In this document: one piece after another, positions 13,040 to 27,817 of the stretch
How the letters are laid out: the number at the start of each line of letters is the position of its first letter
Position numbering within the stretch: the first letter of the stretch is position 1
Assembly (NCBI GenBank): GCA_043228905.1
Contig: JBHGNT010000021.1
Location: forward strand, 3,348,001 to 3,412,000
From: Azolla caroliniana
Taxonomy: Eukaryota; Plantae; Polypodiophyta
DNA: 64,000 bases
Direction of reading: 5' to 3'
Program-made: the position numbers and the translations under genes
The notes under the pieces: model-generated
Told to the model about the DNA's origin: nothing
Seen by the model: only the letters and a program-made list of their open reading frames with translations
Database searches by the model: none

Positions 13040-13360
13040 CTGCTCAGAGGAATGGAATTCGATTATTTATGAGAGATCGACAGGTCATGGACGTTTACCG
13101 CAGAGTAAGCCTCGACAGAGAGAATTAAAGAAAAGAAAGACAAAGAGAGCAACACGATTGCGGGAGGATTAAAGAGAAGCAGAGAAATCTATGTCCTTTT
13201 AACAAGAGATCCTTCGGATCTGTGCCTGTGCCTGAGACTGTGTACAACCTAAGCCTAAGTCTAACCCTAACAACTTACGCAGACAAGAAGAAGATGAAGA
13301 ATGGGAAGAAGAAAATAACGAAGGAAGAAGAAAGAAGAAGAAGAAGAAGAAGAAGAAGAC
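13040..13360 (-). promoter_or_regulatory. Putative first (5' UTR) exon and TSS region of the SFH gene
   Basis: Pyrimidine-rich (TTC)n/CT tracts on the - strand, typical of plant 5' UTRs, and a CAG|GTATTG donor at 13040/13039. Other candidate donors lie near 12989 and 12909. Confidence 0.35.
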
Positions 13361-15931
13361 AGAGATGGTTTATTTATTTATTTATTTATTTTTAAAAAGA
13401 AGGATGCCTAATTACTATTTTTTGTAAAGGATAAAATTAATTAAGTGAAGCAAAGTAAAATTAACTTCCCAATTTTCTATTAATCGATTAATTAACTCGC
13501 TAATTAACTAATTAGCAATGGCCCACATGTCACGGCCCTCAATAAACCTCCATTTATTAACGAATTAACAAATTAACTTCCGCAGTTGTATATTAATTAA
13601 CAATCAGTTAATGAAGCAACTAGTAAACTAATCACTGAAAAGCCTGTGGGGAGGCAAGAGTGGGCCGAGCGCCCATATGACACCGCATGGACACCCGGCC
13701 CTAAGTCGTCCGGCCGGTGGCCTGCTTGCCTGCCCCTGATGCCTTGGGCCATACAATGCACACGTGTGTTTGCGTCACCCCCTGTCCAGGTCCCATGGCA
13801 AGCCACACTATGAGGAAAGGCATCTCGTGAAGAATTTCTCGAGTTTCCCGCTTGCATCTTGGTCCCGCCCATCTAAGCCCCAAAGCCATCAATGTCCTGA
13901 ATTGGCCCTTGAGGGTGCTCCAAGACTTCATGATGCATGGGAGGAAGTAGGGTGTTTGCCTTGCAAATTGCCGGTAATACTAATACTACTAACATTATTG
14001 TTAAAATGTCTTGGTCCCATGTAGATGAAATAAAAAACCAAAAAGCGAGAGAAGGGATTTAAAAACCATTTGAACGATCGTTTAGGCATACTAAATAATA
14101 ATAATAGTAATAATAATGTACTAATAAGAATAATAATATAAGGCCTTTCACCCGTCGCCTCGCTTCACCAACTTCTTAGTGGTCTTATTTATTTTCTCGG
14201 GGCCTCAGTTCAATGTCTCTGTCCCGCGTAAGAGGTAGGTGTCATGTGGCTTTCCTTTACTATTATTGTTGGTGGTAGTGTAGTCACTAGGTCTCGCTTT
14301 TTGGCTTTCTTTTTGCTCTTGTTGTTTGTTTGTTGCTACTGTTCTCATTGTTGGCAAGAGGTGTCACTTGGCTTTCTCTTTTACTTCGGTTAGTTTCTTG
14401 GGCTTGGGTCACCACGCAATCTTACTATCCACACCTGATAGAGATCAAACTTTGCCTTTGCAGCCATGATGTGGGTATGGCAACTCTCATTCCCCAAAAA
14501 CCATCCCTTCGTTTCTCTTTACTATTGTTGCCAACCTTTCCCTACCTCCATGCTCCACCCCCAACTACCACCCTCCTCTCACCCACCCCACCCCCAACTA
14601 CCACCCTCCTCTCACCCACCCAGTCAGATGTTTATTCACCCATTGAATAACCCTCTCACCTTCATTTTTCCACATTTCTTTGTTCCAAGGAAGATCAATG
14701 CTTTGAACTACTACTTGCAGACATATAATTTATAACTCTACCTTTTTTGAGATGTGAAGTCAATATTACGATCGTGATTGTTTCCTCTCCATTAAGAAAT
14801 GGTGACGAATTAAATAGAACCAATTTTGGATGGTGTCAAACCTATACCAAAAGCCATTTTGTGTATCTCATGTTATGGCTTGAAAGGAATCGTTGGAAAA
14901 TGATGCAATGCTTCGATAGCCAAGTGTACTTGATTCGTTAAAATGAATGTGGTAAATGAGACATTAATAGGTAAAATGTTTGTTTCTCAATGGGTTTCCC
15001 TAGAATTCATTATCGATGTCTCCCAAATAAGGTGGCAAGTTGTTAATATGAAGACAATGGATTGGTTGGAAAAAGGAATAGGAGAGGTAGTTTCCAAAGT
15101 TACCTTTGGCTAAGATTGGATACCAAAAGTTTCCTATAAACACACACTAGATCATGTGTGCGACTTTCTCTCGCAATACACTTGACCTTCTTGCAACTAA
15201 TACTATTTTTCTCCTAACTTTTTTGACAAATAGGTGCTTGCTTTGTAAATTGGACCTTATTAATTAGGACACAATTTCAACCTATCATCACTCAAGTCTA
15301 CATTTTCAATGCTTGAGCACAACGATTTTTGGGATCATGCTTTTGATTGGATTGTCACATTAAAGATGATGTTGGATCACTTGAAGTTCTTTGGTTCACA
15401 ATGCATGGGAGAGGAGCCTTCGAAAATGTGCCTGTGCAAACAAGAGAATTGGTAGAAATTTGGAAAAGAGGTAGAGGAGACCCCACGCTAAATTTTGTCC
15501 AAGCAAATAGACATTAAATTTATTCGACATTGGTGAACACTAGAATGATTTTTCCATTACTAATTGCCAGGCAAACGTAGGCTCGTAAGTAATGACAAAC
15601 AACAACAATTCAATGCATCATCGTTGAGTCCACGTTTGCATTTCGATGCTTCTCAATGCTTTTGCTTTTAATAATGCAATGACATTAAAGATGATCATAT
15701 GTGGCATTATGGAGGTCTTCCTTGATCACACTTTGGGTGGCTATTATGAATTAAATGTACGATGAGATTAGACTTGTATTGAATTTTTTGTTCAATATAT
15801 GAATTTACCTATATTTGTCCATTTAATCTCGCTCGGACACAATATAGCATGGAGTGGATGTCATGTTCCATACAAAACGATATTGCACTTGTGGAAAAAA
15901 TTGTCTCACAAAGACCTAATGATGCTTGCTT

Positions 15932-15963
<32 letters not shown>

Positions 15964-17838
15964 AGGATCTTCAGCCAAATCCACCAAAGCACACATGAAA
16001 TTTCTTGAACTAGGTTTGATAAAGAAAGTTTTGATAACATTGAAATATGGTGGTGGAATATTGGAATTAGGAAACATTGTTGTTATGTTTGATGTAGTCA
16101 CCAAGCTTTATCAATCAATACTTGGTTTCACGAACCTTTGTTTTTGCACATATAATCGAATTTTAGGATGCGAGAATTACCACTTAATCCAAGTGAATGA
16201 AAATAGAGCGATCAAAACGAATCCAACAATGTAGCTAAAAAGACTCATATGGTGGTTACAACAAGGTAAAGCACATGGAATGGATGTTGTAATGAGTGCA
16301 TCCTTACATTTTTAGTCCCATAGTCCTCTCTTACAATACATGAGATTCTATTGCATCGAATCTGCCCATAAAGGTACACAATACAATTGCATTCCTAAAG
16401 TATTACTTCCTAACGATTCCTATAACTATATTCTTCTAAGTGATCAGTTTAAATCTTATTAGGATCAAATTCCCACCCCTCCAACTACTATTCCAATAGT
16501 TACAATATTGTACATCTTGGTGGCCATTTAACAAACATGGTGTAGTAATAATGTTTAAGGTGGGTGGGGCATTTGACAAAACATTATGGGTATTCAAGGG
16601 TAAACTAATTGAGGCCTCAACATATTGTACATTGGAATAATTTTCATCATTATAGTCCAATTTACTTTCTATATCAATCAATCAAACCAAATGTGACGGT
16701 AAAATAACAATACATCATGTTATCTAAGCTCAAAAACTAGACTTAAAATTTTCATGTTGTTAGCCAAAGAATATCTACCCAAGACCACTTCAGCTTTCGC
16801 CTCGCTAAGGAACTTCTCCTTATGAGGATTTCAATGACATTGGAACTAGAGCCTTCATTCATGAAGTCAACAAGAAAAGCAATGAACGTGGGTCTAATGC
16901 TCGAAGGATTGGGGTGAATGTGAGTCGACAAACACATACTTCATATGAAATTCCACTTTATGATAATATGTTAATAAACATGAATGTTTATTAAAATTAC
17001 TCATATAAACCAAACAAACTTTTGTTCATTCTTATTCAAAGATTATACTTTATACATTCCCAATGTTATGAATCCATACACAAGACAAGTTGTATATAAA
17101 TTTAGAATAATCATACACAATAAAGCCATAATGTTGCGGGCATAACTTTACACACCAATTCTAAAGCTAGTTTTAATGGTTTAAGTGTAGGATAAGTAGG
17201 AAATTGGTTCTCATAGATAGCACTCGTGTCAAACCCATATGGACATATGACACATGGGAACATGTAGTGGTCTGGGTGCCTAAGGTGTTGGGCCATATAG
17301 GGGGAAACTAACCACCCCTTTCATTCTAACATCTTGAAATGTTGTCAAGACATTATTGGCGAGGAAAACTCTCTTTTTGCATTTTAAAAAATAATTTAAC
17401 TTCCAACATAATGTAATATTCAATGGTTTAGGACACTTATATGTTCGCCAGTTGTCCTTCGCTCTTGGGTGATCAATTTGGTTAAGCATCCTCAAACCAT
17501 TCTTCTCCCAATCTTTGAATATAATTGATTATCATTAACATCTCGATTTGTATTACATAAGAAATTAGTGCAATTAGATAAAGAACACAAAGAGGATGTG
17601 AAATTAACCATATAAAGCAGTTATTTCATAACACTCATTCACACATTTATGCACACCCAAATGTAGGCAAGTATCTTAGCTTTCATGGACATGGTATAAA
17701 ACTCTAGACTAGTAACAAGAACTAGATAGTTGCCAATACATTGTACACATATCATTGGTGATGAATGAATAAACCATTTTATATTTACAATTATAGCCTT
17801 GGGTTAAGTAGTAAATTGTAATGTGTATTGCCTTTGCG

Positions 17839-17879
<41 letters not shown>
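17839..17879. repeat. (CA)n microsatellite
   Basis: About 20 CA units seen directly. Confidence 0.95.
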
Positions 17880-17882
<3 letters not shown>

Positions 17883-18710
17883 TGGAGCTACCTACACTCA
17901 AGGTACTTCATACAATGTTTTATTATGGAGTAATCTATAATTATATATCGAAGGCTCTTTTTGAGCATGCCTAATGGAATAATTTCATTTGATGACCTAC
18001 ATAATCACTAACTCCTAATAAAATACTATCAAACAGTCCACTCACCTCATGGTATGCCTTACATTGCACACAATCTTAAACAAAAAATATCCTTCCCTAT
18101 GGATATACATTTACAATCACAATGGAAGTTACAATTATATAGATACTTGTGGAAAGGAACCATATCTCATTATTATGGTATTTCATTTACAATTAGTGCT
18201 ATATCTATTTCATGTTTCGTTGCCCCTTTCTTCCAAGAGTATAATTGTTATTTCTTTCAAGAATAATGACAATACCACCACTTCCGCCAAATGATGCAAT
18301 ATACATTGACACAACAATGTGATCTCTTAAATGAAAATGAATTCACCATACAAAATGTCAATTTCCAACATTTCCTATAAGATGAAGATATATTATTTGG
18401 TAAATGGTTGCTATGTGAGTGTTGGCATCTTCAATTCAATGATTTTCCTAATGTTAAAGATCGATAATAGAATATAGGATTTCGTACATGCAAATGCACA
18501 CGTATTCAAAGGATCCTAAGCAATCCTATAAACAAGGCTCAAGTGTGACATGGGTTGTCCTACCTTATTGCAAAGGCTAACTAGTTATTGCCATTCTTTC
18601 AAGATTTGGAGTGGTCAATGATTAGTTTAATGTTAAAGATCAATTATTACTTATACAGAAAAGGAGATGTTGCCCAATTGATTGGATACCATGGTTTATA
18701 TTGTACCATG

Positions 18711-19640
18711 TTAGAATTAGAATTAGAATTAGAATTTTTATCGTCCATCAAGAGGGAAAATTTGATCTATGGGACTAGAGTATACATCTGTTCTCGATAT
18801 GTGTCTCCTTCCTAAGAAGGGGTCTTCATACATTGAAGCACAAAGTCTCTACGTGTGAATAAAGCATACACATATGAGTTCAACCTTCTAGGTGGTGTCT
18901 TAAGTATGACACTTAAGTTATCACTCCCTCTTAGTATGTCAACATATCTTGAATGAATTGCACTATATGTTGAGCATGTGAAGAGCAAGTGACATTCATC
19001 CTCTACCATGCCTTCATTGCATACTTTACACGTCTTCAAATTTGTTACATTTTGATACCATGATGCAACTTCAATACCTAACTTGTGAGATTGAGTGCGA
19101 AGTAGTGTAAGGGCTCTATGAGCATTACTACTCATATTGGTAATGAGATAAGGTTTGATACGATCAATAGGCATTCTTGCTTTATATTGAGACCAACATT
19201 TAGGGTTGACATTTGTAATGTAGTATTCCTCTTAGCATCTTCCCACTTCATCCTTAATGATTCCACCAACCTTTCCTCAATCATTACATAATGCATAACA
19301 TCGCCCAAAGGTCTAAAAGATCATCCACACCCCATCTTCTAAACCATTTCCTTATGTCCACAACCCAACCAGATGAGAGAATCTTAATCTTATGATTCTT
19401 TTATAGCTTACATCTAACATTCCAAGAAAGATGTGGTAATCGATGATTCGGCATATTCTTGACTTTTGTAATGTATTTATATACTCTTTGGAGTGCCAAT
19501 ATTCGATGGGTCGAACACCTGTTTTAACCTGGTAAGAGGTAGTGTGTTTAAGTCCTAATTGGCTCCCAAATGAGAGAAGTGCAAGCCCTAAATATTTGAT
19601 GGATTTGACCAACATTCTCACTTGTTGATCGACCAATCAT
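18711..19640 (-). mobile_element. Degenerate 3' fragment of a non-LTR retrotransposon (LINE) with a (TTCTAA)n-type tail
   Basis: ORF 18812-19174 carries the typical LINE C-terminal Cys/His motif (LRTQSHKLGIE...CKVCNEGMVEDECHLLFTCSTY). A hexamer repeat (TTAGAA)n at about 18711-18736 lies just downstream on the element strand. Confidence 0.6.
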
Positions 19641-19940
19641 GGTGATCATACAATGCGATTACAAGAAAGAATAACATACAATGGAGAGATCATAATAAAG
19701 ATAAAAAACTTGAAAATTGCTATAGAAAACATGAAATCCAATTGATGAAAATGATTGTTGTACTATTGCAACTAGATTCACAACAATATGTATGTGTGTT
19801 CTTTCTCACACACACATATCAACATGTATTGTTATTCCTAATCCCCGATTCTCGATCCTCGATCCTCAGTTTGATGCTTCCAGAACATTGATGGAAACAA
19901 GTAGTAGAGAGGGCCTTTGCAAGTTCATCCAAGACAACGT

Positions 19941-20780
<840 letters not shown>

Positions 20781-20990
20781 ATGTTGTCCAACAAAGTGAT
20801 TGGGCTCTTCTTAACATAGTTCGAATAAAGTTGTCAGATGTTTCTTTATGGAGCAACACTAAGTATCATTATGGAGAGTTGAGATTTGTTGAGTCTCTCT
20901 CATGCTTGCAATTGAACAAGAAAGCCATTATGCTTCCTTAAATAATTTGCGTTTATTGTCAACCTTGACGTGCAATCCTAGTGTCTCGTC

Positions 20991-23900
20991 ATGGGCTGTG
21001 GGTGATGTTGGAATTAAATAATGCAAAGGATAAGCTCGGTAAATTACAAGATACTTGGGCTCAATGCACTTATAATGCATTTGGTGCAAAGTGGGCACAA
21101 ATAGTGGATAAAGAGTCTGTTGATTTTTTCAAAATTGTAGCTCCAAAAAAAACTTGTGATGGGATGAAACAACTACAGAGGGATGATGGATCCATTACGG
21201 AGGATGCTAGAGAAATGAGGGATATTGCTACGAAATTTTATAGTAATTTATTGACTGCTGAATGTTTTACACTGGATCAATTGGAGAGACGGAGAGTGGT
21301 GTGGCAGTCTATGCATGCACGCGTTTCACTCCATATGACAAATGTTTTGGTTAAACCGATTTCGATTTTTGAAGTAAGGGTTGCTTTGGATGCAATTGGT
21401 TCCCATGTATGCCCTGGTACCGATGGGATCTCAGCTGATTTTTTCCGGAATTATTGGGACTGATATTACTGCTACATTTTAGGAGGTGTTTGACACTGGA
21501 TTTATGCCAAGTAAGTGGACCGAATGTATGATTTATCTCATTCCTAAGCTGGAAGGGGTAGTGGCTGATATTAGGAAGTGGCGACCAATAACTATATTGA
21601 ATACTATTTACAAAATATATGCTAAGTTGTTACACCCAAAGGAGTATATTGGATAACATTTTTTTATTTTGGGAAGCGGTTGCAATTTCACAAGAAAGGA
21701 AAGAGGATTTAGCAATCTTGTTGTTGGATTTCGAAAAGGCTTATGACAGAGTAGATTGGTCTTTTTTTAGGGGTACCATGGAAAAGTTGGGTTTTCCTAA
21801 TCAATGGTTAACAACTATCTCAACTCTTTATAACTCAGCTACTAGTAGGGTATTAGTAGATGGAGAGTTAGGACAAGCATTTGTAATTTCGAGGTCAGTG
21901 AGATAGGGGTGTCCATTGGCTCCTTTTTTATATTTGATGATTGGAGAAGCGTTTAGTAGTTTTCTTACAAGTAATATTGTGAATTGAATATAAAAGGGCT
22001 ACAATGGCCATGGTTAGAGGTACAGGTTGTCGATTGTCAATTTGCTGATGATACAGCCTTGTATTTGCAAGGTTCTAGTGATAATCTTTCTAGAGTACAA
22101 CATGCTATTGATACATTTTGCTATGCTTTTGGAACTATTATTAATTGGAATAGATCGGTGGGGTTCTGGGTAGGTAACACAGTAAACCCTTTGTGGTGTC
22201 TACAAGAAGGGTTTCAATGGATTCTGCATGGGAAACCTATAAGATACTTGGGATGTCAGGTAGGTATTAATATTTCGCCGGAAGATCATGTAGCTCCTCT
22301 GTTGCTTGCTATAAGGAAGAAATTGTTATATTGGAATACTACTAAATTGTCATTGGAAGGAAGGGTTGTTATTGCCAATCAAGTATTGTTGGCTTCCATG
22401 TGTACATTTTATCAGCTTGGTTGTGCTCACATTTTGCTTTATCGCAAGTACAAAGGCTTATTAGGAATTTCCTTTGGGGATCTAAAAATTGTTCTTATGT
22501 GAGAGCCAAGGTATCTTGGAAAGTTATTACAACTCCAAAGGACGAGGGTGGTCTTGGATTGATTGAGCCTCTTTTACAATGTAAGGCTTTAGTGGGAAAA
22601 TTTATTATAAGAGGTTTGTTGCTTGATGGGGAGCCTTGGAAAAAAATCTTAAGGCAGAGATTGGTTAAAGTTATGCCTTCTACCGGTGGCAATTGGAAAG
22701 ATAGTATTAGATGGTGGTTTTTGAGAGGTTTTAACCATTCCATTGATATTTTTCGCCAAGATAAGTTTTTTGGGGGTATCATGAAGGCATGGTGGGATTT
22801 GAAACTTAACTTAGTCCAATATCTACCATCATGTAAGGAGGAATGGTTGCGTCAACCCCTCATATTGAACTCGCTATTTTCATCAGAAGATGGGGTAATG
22901 TTAGGGAAGAGAACTAGGTTGAATTGGGTTGACTTTGATAATGGTGAAGCTAAGTCTGTTGGGAATTGGCTGACTTTTTCTTCTTCAACAATGGAAAACA
23001 AAACCCAACTTTGTAGTGCAATTTGGGGAGGGAACATTATGTATTCAGAAATGGATACAGTCTTTACAATATCTTCCTTTCAACCTTCTCAAACTAGTCT
23101 CTTTTGGTATGGTATGTTTTCATCCCTACATGTCTTATTGGGGGTTAGGGGTTATAAAAACTCTCATGAATGCCTTTACTTCGATGTTTTGCCTTCTAGA
23201 CGACTTCATTCTCTCTTTGTGGAAGACGAAATTGTAACTCGAGGGAATAGGTTGCCTATTCGTATATTATGGAAGAAAGATAAAAAATGGATATTGAACC
23301 CACATCCAAATGATGTTAACAATCTCTCTGATTTATGGGTCTATGAGACTAAGCCCATTGATCGCCTTTTGTGGGATCCTGGTGAGTGGAAATGGCAAAT
23401 CAGATCAGCGCAAGGAATGTTAGGTAAGCAAATCCCATTTTTTCAGTATTCGGTAAAAATGGGTAGAGAAATGCTAAGGAGAGGTGTGACTGTTACACCA
23501 ACAACTTGTAATTTTTGGAGATTTGGTGATGTAACAGATTCTTGGTTGAATGCTTATTGGAAATGGTTATGGGTCATGCAAATTCCTAAAAAGGTTGTGT
23601 TATTTAGATGGTTGTTGACACATTATGACATTCCTGTGAAGTCATGGATGTGGGTACATTGTCAAGATTTAAAATGTGACAGTTGTGGTTCTCCCATTGA
23701 ATCGGTTTACCATGTTTTATGGATATGTCCTATTGCTAGAGCAGTTTGGAAAAGAATGTTGAGAATGTTATATCCTATTTATGGTAGGCAGGTGTACACA
23801 TGGGGTTTTGTAAGATGGGGAAGATTGGCTAAAGAAATTCAAAACTATGAAAAGGAGTATGGTGATTTCCTTCTCCTCTTCGATGGAAGACATGTATTGG

Positions 23901-24387
23901 AGATCTCTGATATTACATTAATCCGTTGTTTGGAAGAGGATATGGTATGGTCTACGATATCTTCTCTAGTCATTTGGGTATTGTGGAAGGCTAGATGTAA
24001 ATGTGTATTTCAGAAAGTTAAACAGAATGCAGTTGAGTTAGTCAAAGAGGTATGGTTAATGCTCGTACACACTTTAAGAGGTCAATATGATGCAATAACT
24101 GGTGAGCCTGAGGTTGTGATTCGGAGACAACAACAGTTTAGAGAAATTTGGAAAACGTTGAGGTCTTCGTCTCTTTTGGAGAAAGAATAAAGTGGAGATA
24201 TGCTCCACCAAGATGGCTTTTTCCACCCCCCGTCTGGGAACAACCTTCATGAGGGCTTTTGATACTTGACATGCTGGTTGATGTGGATATGAGGGTTGTA
24301 ATATATTGTATGAACTCATTCTAGCCTTTCGACATCTTTCCATTAATACCAAGGTGAACCTTCTTTAAAATAAAAAAAATAAAAAAA
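20991..24387 (+). mobile_element. 5'-truncated L1-like LINE (degenerate ORF2: RT plus C-terminal zinc domain)
   Basis: RT motifs CPGTDG, WRPITILN, LLDFEKAYDRVDW, R*GCPLAP, QFADDT and IRYLG, then CDSC...HVLWIC. A-rich tail at 24367-24387. 17-bp TSD AATCCTAGTGTCTCGTC at 20974-20990 and 24386-24402. Has stops, frameshifts and an apparent internal deletion near 21630. Confidence 0.93.
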
Positions 24388-26776
24388 TCCTAGTGTCTCG
24401 TCCTCTATGACGTTGGATTGGAAGGCACATTTGAATGTTGACTTGTTGATGTCGATGCAACTTGTATAGTTGGAATTCAAAAGCTTGAATACTATCGAAT
24501 CACCCTCTCCAAGGTTTGGGCCTTGGTTCCTTTTACCACTCACGTACAACATGGTTCCTTTATTTCTGGTATAAACGTGATTATATTCATCCCTCCCACG
24601 ATGAAACATGATGTTTGCCCATGTGATCACCATGGCATATATCATAATGACAATGTTAACCCATTGTTTGACCCAATCATCCAAAATTATAGAATATCAC
24701 TATAGGTAAGAGCAAAAAGCAACATCACAACATATATATAGAACACTCACTGATGGAAGACGATCGAGAATTAATAATATATGACATTACATTGATTTAA
24801 TCTTAGTTCAATTTGTTAATGTAAATGGTTGAGAGAATAAAGGTTCTAGGTTTGAGCCCCATTTACACATAAGTGCCAAATTTTATTTTTAGAAACCATG
24901 GCATAGAAAAGGGACCACAAACATTGAACTAATCACCATGGATAATTTATAATTAAAAACAACACATTTCGAGTTTAAGCAAGGGAGAAAAAAGTGCCTA
25001 GGTCTTGCAAGAGAAGGTCGAGGCTAATTCTTGAGACGCAGCGCCATGCACAAATAAAAACAACATATTTCTAGTTAAATGAATGAGAAAACGAGTCTAA
25101 GTCCTATAAGAGAAGGCCAAGAGCTAATATTTTCTTATTCCTTTTTCCTTTTTTTTGCGTTCTCTATTCTTGAGCTCCTAAGTCATTTTGTGATTAATGG
25201 TAAGGGTTCAGAAGGTGTTCTTTCTTTTCTTCTTGTTAGATTTTATTTTATTGGGCTTGAAGCATAAAGGGAACTCAATGCCATCAAATCGCATCCTTTT
25301 TTGTTCTAGCTCACCCTTGTTTAATTTTATTTATTTATTTGTGAATCCATAACATCCTTAATTACCTTCTTATAATGAATTAAACAATGCACTTTTGACA
25401 AAATTTGTTTATGAGTTGCATATGAATCAGTGTGAAATATTGCCAATTTCATTAACCACATTGGCAGACTATCAACAATGTCACAACCTAATGAGAGCTT
25501 CCTCCAACTTCCATAGTTCTTAGTGATTTTGAAAGATTTAGATGCCAAGGAAGTGGCAAACTCACATTCTATGCCTAATCTCAAATTGATGGTGTTTGCT
25601 ACTTGATCTAACTATGAGGACATATTGTGTTGGCTCAACGTCCTTACATCGAGTGCACATCTTCATATCGATAGAGTTTTTCCTCAACGCCAATATCATT
25701 AAGCAAGGGTTTCGAGCCTTCGTATAGCCTTTTGGTGATGAACCAGACGAGAGTGGTCGTCACTCACTCCCAAACCATTAGCCTTGGTAATCCAACTCTT
25801 GCAAATTCTTACCCACCTCTCTCAACAATGTTAAACTTACGAAGAAACTTGCTAGTAACCCAATGGGCATAACTCACATAATAACTAGTTTCAAATGTCC
25901 ATTTCATATATAGCTTTTAAGTTTCATGTATATCTAATATAGTTTTCAAAGAAATTGTTTTGTGATAAATTACACCATAAAATAGCAAGACATTAATAAT
26001 TAATCTTAATAAGGTCCACAAGGCAATGGGAAAAAACGTAATTAATGTTAGATATAATCAATGATGAACCCCAAGTTGTAAATCTATCCCCATATGTGCT
26101 CTTAGAGTGCACATTTTGTGATAGCGCCCCAAATGAGGAGCAACTAGTGTGCAACTCGACCATATGAAGGCGTCAATCTAGGAAACCGTAGATGCGTAAG
26201 ACACAATGTATTTAGGAAAGAGCGAAGTAGACTAATAGGATTGGCTAATCAAGTCAACTATAATATTTTGTGGGCAAGTTATGATGTACTTAGTCTTGAA
26301 GTATGTGCCATTGACTTCAAGATAAGTAATATCTAGCACTAGTTTGTATCTAGGGAGTTGGGTAATATTAAATGACAAGTCAATTGATAGAAAAGGAATA
26401 TCTCCACTACTATCAATTGACTTGCACATTCTTACACAGTGGTTGGATTGATAATCAATCCCCACTAATTTTGTTGCGAGCTACTATCAATTGACATAGA
26501 ATATAATCCACTTTCTTACACAGTGGTTGGATTGATAATCAATCCCCACTAATTTTGTAGCGAGCTAGTCTAGATCCCATCTAAGCTCTAAGGTGTGAGT
26601 GCATGGGTGAACTACCATTGTGAGCAACTCACATATGTAATAGAAGTTTTGTTTTAATATATCCATCTATGTGGTTGCAACTCTATATACCTATCTAATC
26701 GACTCTCAATATTTATAACATGGTATCAAAGCTGAGAGGTTGATGTAGATTAGGTATATACAGGTAGTTGTTGTCT

Positions 26777-26854
<78 letters not shown>

Positions 26855-27817
26855 CCGTACCACATCAATCGCTCCAAATGTTGATCGACTTTGAGCCTAG
26901 GTGTAGAAATAACATATTTTGCTAGCAAGGTTATAGGGATAGGGGTAAGGCGCAACAATCTCTATGAGTTGAGCGTGTTTACAATTTCTACTGACTACAA
27001 TACAAGTACTAACACAAAGCAATGGCATGAGAGTTTTGGGCATCTCAATGTTGTTGTGTTGAAGGAGATGAAGAAGTCAAATATGGTAGTTGGGTTGCCA
27101 ACCCTATCTGACTTAAGTCATGTTTGTGGTGCTTTTATGATGGGCAAGCATCAAAGATCAACCATTCCAAAAGAGAGTCAAAATCGGACAAAGACTCCTC
27201 TATAGCTAATACATATCGACCTCTCTGGAAAAATGGTGACTCTTGCAATGAGTGGATCTCTCTACAATATGCTAGTAGTCAACGACTTCAGTAGAAAGAT
27301 GTGGGTTTACTTCTTTCAGGAGAAGGTTGAAGCTTTTAAAATCTTCAAAAGATGTCATAAGTTTGTCGAGCGGGAGTTCGGAAAGTTAATGAAGGTGTTA
27401 CGTTGTGATCAAGGTGGAGAATTCTTATTAATAGAATTTTGTGAGTATTACAAAGAGCATGGAATTAAGCACCAACTTACAACTACCTACACCCCACAAT
27501 AAAATGATGTTGTCGAATGTCGAAACCGAATAGTTGTCGACATGGTTAGGTGTATGTTGAAGGCACAAGTGCTACCCGACCCATTATGGGCTAAAGCAGT
27601 GAATATAGCAGTTTACATCCTCAATCGAAGCTACACGAAGGCACTTGAAGGGAAAACACCCCAAGAAGCTTATTCAGGCAAGAAACTTTCAGTGCCGCAC
27701 TTCAGAACCTTTGGGTGTACGTGCTACGCACATGTTCTAGATGTGAGCAGAAAGAAGTTGGATGGTAAAAGCAAGAAGTGTATCTTTCTCAGATATAGTG
27801 AAGAGTCAAAGGCCTAT

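Noticed and set aside
13044-13088. 14-codon uORF in the putative SFH first exon
   Set aside because: The exon itself is unconfirmed and several alternative donors exist.
13528-14210. Possible old solo LTR upstream of the SFH gene (TGTCACGGCCC ... GGGGCCTCA)
   Set aside because: No CA terminus, TSD or second copy in the window.
14900-18500. Short ORFs possibly from a decayed DNA transposon
   Set aside because: No recognisable catalytic motif, terminal inverted repeat or TSD by eye.
24800-24870. Possible tRNA-derived SINE head (TAGTTCAATTTG ... GGTTTGAGCC); a weaker one lies near 29446-29495
   Set aside because: Boxes are degenerate, with no cloverleaf, tail or TSD visible.
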